Positions 37,042-39,223 of a DNA stretch of 39,223 nt are shown piece by piece. The notes below the pieces were generated by a model that made no database searches, was not told where the DNA came from, and saw nothing but the letters and a program-made list of their open reading frames with translations. Origin of the DNA: Anaerolineae bacterium. GTDB lineage: Bacteria > Chloroflexota > Anaerolineae > UBA2200. The stretch is taken from contig JBFEPU010000002.1 in NCBI GenBank assembly GCA_041549915.1, positions 1-39,223 of the forward strand. The letters run 5' to 3'. The position numbers and the translations under genes are program-made. The stretch's first letter is position 1, and every line of letters starts with the position of its first letter.

Positions 37042-37293
37042 TAGCTCCCCTCGCTTCTTCCATCCGCGTTGGTACGATCTTGAGTAACCCATGGGGCCCG
37101 TTCTCGACTTGGCTGTGGTCAATCCAGGCAGCGCAGTTCGCGGCTCTTTGGCAACCCCAGGGGCGGCATCAGATTGCGGGTGTGGGCAGCTCGGAAACGG
37201 GGTTCAAGGTCTTGCCCACGACCCTCGTCGAACCACGGCGAAAGGATGCTAGCGTACCGATAGCGTGCTTTCCAACCGCACAGCCCGATGGGC

Positions 37294-37965
37294 TTACGGG
37301 GCTTTCAGCTCTGCAAGCAGCGATTCGCCAATTACCCGCAATTGGGCATCCTCACTCATGGTCAGGAACTTCTCGAGGGCCTCGATGGCCTCCTGCTCCT
37401 TGCCTTGCAGCTTGTAGGCATTGCCTAGACCAAAGTAAGCGCGCGCCAGGTTGGGGTTCAGCTGCAATGCCTCACGGAACTCAGCAATGCTGGCGTCATA
37501 CCTTGCTTGCTGCACGTAGGTTGCACCAAGGTTGTAGTGTATGTCGGCGTCATTTGGGTTCAGGGAGATGGCTCGTCCGAACTCCTCTTCCGCTTTGTCA
37601 AACTGACCCTGCTCGTAGTAGACGGCCCCCAGATTGGAACGTGCGTCTACGTTGTCGGGCTCGAGTTCCAGGGAGGCTTCGAACTCTTTGGCAGCGTTCG
37701 GCAAGTCGCCCTGCTGGAAATGGGCGTTCCCGAGACGAAAGTGCCCTTCCACAGAACCGGGATCCAGCTGAACCACCGCCTCAAACTCGGCAATGGCTTC
37801 TGTAATCTTGCCCTGTTCCAGGTACTGACGTCCCTGTTCCAGATGCGTTTCTGGGTCACCTTCAATAGAGGGGACGGGAGTGCTTCCACCACAGCCAGCA
37901 AGGGAGACAATGACGAGGGCGGTTGCACCCCACAGGAGCAGTTGTCTGGTCAGTGATCGATTCAT
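37294..37965 (-). CDS. TPR-repeat lipoprotein
   Basis: The ATG at 37965 follows GGAGG. Lipobox SLAGC. There are five or six 34-residue repeats of the form A...F..A..L.P....A...LG..Y. Confidence 0.85.
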   Translation of the reverse strand: MNRSLTRQLLLWGATALVIVSLAGCGGSTPVPSIEGDPETHLEQGRQYLEQGKITEAIAEFEAVVQLDPGSVEGHFRLGNAHFQQGDLPNAAKEFEASLELEPDNVDARSNLGAVYYEQGQFDKAEEEFGRAISLNPNDADIHYNLGATYVQQARYDASIAEFREALQLNPNLARAYFGLGNAYKLQGKEQEAIEALEKFLTMSEDAQLRVIGESLLAELKAP

Positions 37966-38003
37966 TGCTCTTGCCTCCAGCACACTGACGTGTGCATTCA
38001 CAG

Positions 38004-38645
38004 TCATTCCTTGTAGTTCAGCACGACCACCTGGGTCTCTGATGGCAGACTACTCTTGCTGACTTCCAGGCTGTCACGGAGCCCCGGTTTTTCGGGCAGG
38101 CCCATTTCCTTCAAGAACTTGGAAACCGGCTGCAATCTCGTCTTCACCGCCTTGGTCTTGTAATGCATCGGTATCACGATCCTGGGTTCGAGCAGCCCGA
38201 TCACTTCTGCTGCTTGGTTGGCGTTTATGGTTGTCATGGCCCCTACAGGGATGAGCAGGATATCCACACCGCTGAGCGCCTGCAGCTTTGCTTGTGAGGG
38301 TACATGGTCGAGGTTGCCGAGGTGACAGACCGTGAGATCCTCAAACTCGAAGAGATAGATTGTGTTCTTCAGGCGCTCTGCTCCCTTGCTCTTTTTCAGA
38401 TTGGTGGCAATGCCAGTGATGAAAACGCCTTTGACCTCGTATTCGCCAGGGCCGCTGATCACCTTTGGGTCGCCGCGCACCAGGGCACAGTTGTTGTAGT
38501 CAGGATGATCGTGGCTGATCGTAACCATGTGGGCAAGCATTCGCGGGACATTGTATCCAACATCTTTGCCGCAGGGATCCGTGACCGCGATTGCGCCCCT
38601 TGTCTTCAGCCTAAGACAGGAATGACCGTACCAGATGATCTCCAT
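38004..38645 (-). CDS. MBL-fold metal-dependent hydrolase (UPF0173-like)
   Basis: Sequence MEIIWYGHSCLRLKT...VTISHDHPDYN...PMHY. The ATG follows GGAGGGGG. Confidence 0.85.
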   Translation of the reverse strand: MEIIWYGHSCLRLKTRGAIAVTDPCGKDVGYNVPRMLAHMVTISHDHPDYNNCALVRGDPKVISGPGEYEVKGVFITGIATNLKKSKGAERLKNTIYLFEFEDLTVCHLGNLDHVPSQAKLQALSGVDILLIPVGAMTTINANQAAEVIGLLEPRIVIPMHYKTKAVKTRLQPVSKFLKEMGLPEKPGLRDSLEVSKSSLPSETQVVVLNYKE

Positions 38646-38750
38646 GCGTCCCCCTCCGTGGTGCCCGCGACGCTTCTTGCCAGCACGCGACGCTCCACCG
38701 ACGGAGAAAACAGTCAGCTTCTCCTAGATTGCCAATGCCGGCCCACCCGC

Positions 38751-39223
38751 TCATGAAATCGGCAACTTGTCCAGTTTGTCCTTGATTTTCCCGGCTTCTG
38801 CGACCAGCTTCTCGTCGGCATCAAAGATGGCGATGCCCTTCATATCCGCTTCGATCGCTTTCTCACTAAAGGGCAAGAAGCCCAGCAATTCATCTCCTGG
38901 CAGCCGCTCACGTATGAACGCCTTGTCTTGTTCATTGCGTATCTTGTTGCCAACTACGTAGACTTTGTGAATCCAGATGTCCGCAGCTAGCCGCTTGATA
39001 GCCTGAGCAGTTTGCAGACTGCGTTGTCCCGGTTCCACCACCACAATGAAAGCGTCTACGGCGCTGGCTGTGCCGCGCCCCAGGTGTTCCAGTCCTGCTT
39101 CCATGTCCAGGATGATGACTTCCTTACGGCCGACAAAGAGGTGGCGCACCAGGTTCTTGAGCAGGGCACTTTCGGGACAGATACAGCCACCTCCACCGCG
39201 CCCCACAGTGCCCAGCACCAAGA
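38751..39223 (-). CDS. CooC/AcsF-like MinD-ParA family ATPase (nickel-insertion accessory type), with its 5' end outside the window
   Basis: The reading frame is open to the window edge. It contains GRGGGGCICPESALLKNLVRHL (the CxC metal-bridging motif of CooC-type proteins) and ILDMEAGLEHLGRGTA. The Walker A motif would lie beyond 39223. Confidence 0.75.
   Translation of the reverse strand, partial: LVLGTVGRGGGGCICPESALLKNLVRHLFVGRKEVIILDMEAGLEHLGRGTASAVDAFIVVVEPGQRSLQTAQAIKRLAADIWIHKVYVVGNKIRNEQDKAFIRERLPGDELLGFLPFSEKAIEADMKGIAIFDADEKLVAEAGKIKDKLDKLPIS

Overview
Moderately GC-rich bacterial chromosomal window of housekeeping and envelope genes. It is centred on dnaA (21868..23274, +), which is followed by a 760-nt non-coding region carrying a phased DnaA-box array (candidate oriC) and is not followed by dnaN. 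Left of dnaA almost everything is on the minus strand. In order: a 2358-aa secreted S8 subtilase with Kelch-like and adhesin-type repeats; a MacA/MacB-type tripartite ABC efflux operon; rex on the plus strand; then mreB, murA and three extracytoplasmic glycan-hydrolase-like genes (two paralogous clan GH-A barrels, a GH18-like domain, a DUF4015-type domain). Right of dnaA: a metallophosphoesterase and a DUF4349 lipoprotein on the plus strand. Then, on the minus strand: a BMP-family nucleoside/sugar ABC importer (4 genes), a cNMP-binding protein fused to two bPH_2 membrane modules, tRNA-Val(GAC), an M16 peptidase, a P2-type Ca2+-like P-type ATPase, a TPR lipoprotein, an MBL-fold hydrolase and a truncated CooC-like ATPase. 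I saw no CRISPR array, transposase, integrase, rRNA or recognisable defence operon. The points most worth follow-up are: the nested NIDO-like-in-DUF11 tandem duplication in the giant protease; the orphan cNMP/bPH_2 membrane protein with a degenerate phosphate-binding cassette; the glycan-hydrolase cluster upstream of murA-mreB, with an apparently inactivated GH18-like motif; the oriC candidate; and a 9-mer (GGAGTCTGT) found three times, only in non-coding DNA, once as a perfect palindrome inside a promoter. All family names come from motif recognition by eye, with no database search. Many ORF-track starts (TTG/GTG, longest-ORF) were trimmed to starts that have a Shine-Dalgarno sequence.
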